Shown here: one piece after another, positions 61,810-64,000 of the stretch | Position numbering within the stretch: the stretch's first letter is position 1 | Layout: every line of letters begins with the position of its first letter | Assembly (NCBI RefSeq): GCF_004010195.1 | Contig: NC_057717.1 | Location: 102,917,676 to 102,981,675 of the forward strand | Direction of reading: 5' to 3' | From: Chiloscyllium plagiosum | Lineage: Eukaryota | Length of the DNA: 64,000 bases | Position numbers and translations under genes: made by a program | Notes under the pieces: generated by a model | Databases searched by the model: none | Told to the model about the DNA's origin: nothing | The model's input: only the letters and a program-made list of their open reading frames with translations

Positions 61810-62400
61810 CATTTTAGTTTCCACCTTGAAAATTTCGAGGAAAATTGTTGAATTAGAGGCAGTTCAAAGAAGGCTCACTCGACTGATTCCTCAGATAAGT
61901 GAGTTTTATTTTGAGGATAGGATGGACCTGCATCCAATGCAGTTTGGAAGAACAAGAGAAGGGCTGATTAAGAGATCTCGTTGGGATGTTTACATGGGAG
62001 ACGATGTTTCCCCTTGTGGGAGAGACTAGACTACAGTCCACAAGTTAGAAACGAGGGCTCTCTCATTCAAGACAGGTGAGGCAAATTAGTTTTTTTCTCT
62101 CTGAAAGTGTCATGGGACCATGGACTTCAATCCCCATTGAATATTTTTTATGGCTAGGTTAATAGATTCTTGACTGACAATAGAGTCAGGGTAAGCGTAG
62201 AGTAATGGGATAGGGGAATTGGTCTGGGTAATATACTCTCTGGAGGGTCGATGTGGACTTGTTGGGCCAAATGGCCTATTTCCACGCTGCAGGGAGTCTA
62301 CGAAATTCTATGAAATGAGAAAGCAGTGGGGTTGGAGCTGATATCAGATTAGCCTTGATCATTGTGAATGGTAAAGCAGGATGAATGGAACATCCCTGCT
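61810..62400 (+). mobile_element. Old CR1 fragment with an HE1 3' part (about 62190-62312)
   Basis: LEAVQRRLTRLIP; ggcctatttccacgctgcagggagtc. Confidence 0.7.
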
Positions 62401-62621
62401 CCTAATCCTAATGTTTATTGGAGGAGGGATTCTCATCCTTACAGTGGGCGGGGGTGTGGTTTGAAGTTTTTTGAGTTTGCAGAAACCACAGTTGAAAAGT
62501 CTGGTTAAGCTTCAGTCATTGCCAATGAAGGCATTGGAAATATTAACGCGCAGGGACCAAAGGTTCTGGTCTTACCAATATTTGGTTGGGGGGAAATGTT
62601 TTGGCCATTCATCAGATTGAC

Positions 62622-63072
62622 AGTTTATTTTTATTTCAAGAATATACTTTATTCATTAAAAAAACTTTGCATATACGCATAGTCACAAATGCAGTTCGGT
62701 TCTGCACAGTAGCACATCAAGGATACAAATGAACATTAGAGTTTGACTCTAACCAAAGTCATCTCTTACACATGCAAGATTATATTTACATGCATTAAGA
62801 CTTGAGGAGAGTCCGACAACTGAACAGACCCCCATTTACCTTCAGCAGGAAGACCTCAGACGACGGTCTTTCCCCACCATGCGTTGGTGGCAGCTGCCCC
62901 AAGCTTTAATGTGTCCCTCAGCACATAGCCCTGGACGTTGGAATGTGACAGTCTGCAACACTCGGTCTGGAAGACCAAAAAGGTCCGGGCAGACCAAAGA
63001 GTGTCTTGCACTGAGGTGATGGTCCTCCAAGCACAGCCGATGTTTGTCTCGGTGTGCGTGCCAGGGAACAGT
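62622..63072 (-). mobile_element. Tx1-like (L1 clade) LINE 3' end
   Basis: Reverse translation LFPGTHTETNIGCAWRTITSVQDTLWSARTFLVFQ..ECCRLSHSNVQGYVLRDTLKLGAAATNAWWGKTVV*, then 3' UTR with AATAAA and an A-rich end. Confidence 0.8.
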
Positions 63073-63853
63073 TTGACACTGGAAGGGTGGAGTGATGTAC
63101 TACGAGCTAGAACTCACTCTGAGCTGTGAGTTGAACCTGACCCATTTTCGCAAATGATACCGAGGACAATGTGCAAATGAAGAGTTGGCTGAGGACTGCA
63201 GAGATTGAGCCGAATCAGTGCATGGGGCTGTTAACCCTCCACATAGGCCACACTGAGCTTCTGCTGGTTTCTCCGAGCTGCTGGGCGGAAGGCAGTTTCC
63301 CTCCAGAGGTGCGTTTCATTGCCCTCCCCCTTCCTTCGGAAACTGGCAGCAACTATTAAACTATCCCGATGGGTCCAACCAAATGGCACCAAGATGGCAA
63401 GCCTTGATCTATGAGCAAGGGAGCAAGGTGGGAGATGCTAGTCCCCATTCTTCTTGCTTCTCTTGAAGAATTCCCAGTCCTGTTTTCAACAGAATCTCAG
63501 CTCATTATCAGTCACTGCTGCCAATGTGGTACAAGTCCTAATGGTAGCAATTACTATTTAGGCATGATATTTAAATTAACATCACAGTTTTTAGTCATTT
63601 CAACTGGTCATGAATATTCAACACATGAGACTTGGTGGCCGATCTTTTATCAACAATATTGATTCAGAGACACTTCAGGTATAGCAGAATTATCTCTTAA
63701 GTAATGGACAATGGTGCCTTTTCCTTTGTTTTGTGGTTTGTCATTTGTTGGAATCATAAAGTCATACAGTCCTTGTGTATATTTAGAACGGTGATAGGTA
63801 GACTCTTGATCAGTTGGGGAATCAAGGGTTATGGGGAAAGGGCAGGTAAGAGA

Positions 63854-64000
63854 TGATTAGATTAGATTAGATTAGATTACGTTTTAGATTAGATTAGATT
63901 ACTTACAGTGTGGAAACAGGCCCTTCGGCCCAACAAGTCCACACCGACCCGCCGAAGCAGACCCATACATCTACATTTACCCCTTCACCTAACACTACGG
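63854..64000 (-). mobile_element. HE1 SINE 3' end, (ATCTA)n subfamily (runs off the window)
   Basis: Long (ttaga)n tail then acagtgtggaaacaggcccttcggcccaacaagtccacacc. Confidence 0.9.

Overview
Eukaryotic, repeat-dominated intronic or intergenic DNA from a cartilaginous fish. The HE1 SINE plus CR1/HER1-type LINE content indicates an elasmobranch; a carpet/bamboo shark is my guess only. No host protein-coding exon could be recognised with confidence. Every ORF with recognisable homology is a decayed retroelement fragment (CR1 RT, Rex1/Babar, a second CR1/L2-like LINE, RTE, L1/Tx1, Penelope-like RT and GIY-YIG). The window holds about 21 HE1 (V-SINE) copies, Deu-type and other tRNA-derived SINE remnants, probable solo LTRs and one TA-flanked Tc1/pogo-type MITE. 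The most striking signal is about 20 short (100-500 bp) insertions from at least six sequence-unrelated families (labelled A-F here, possibly G). All six converge on a minimal type-I hammerhead ribozyme layout (CUGANGA-N-stem II-GAAA-palindrome-UH), with family-specific compensatory helices readable in most. Many are fold-back (inverted) structures flanked by 12-16 bp target-site duplications, and several are nested in one another. Two families are physically linked to Penelope-like coding sequence in this window. Several repeat-free, homeobox/Sox-motif-rich blocks look like conserved enhancers but cannot be confirmed from sequence alone. TSD, TIR and ribozyme coordinates were counted by hand; other boundaries are approximate.
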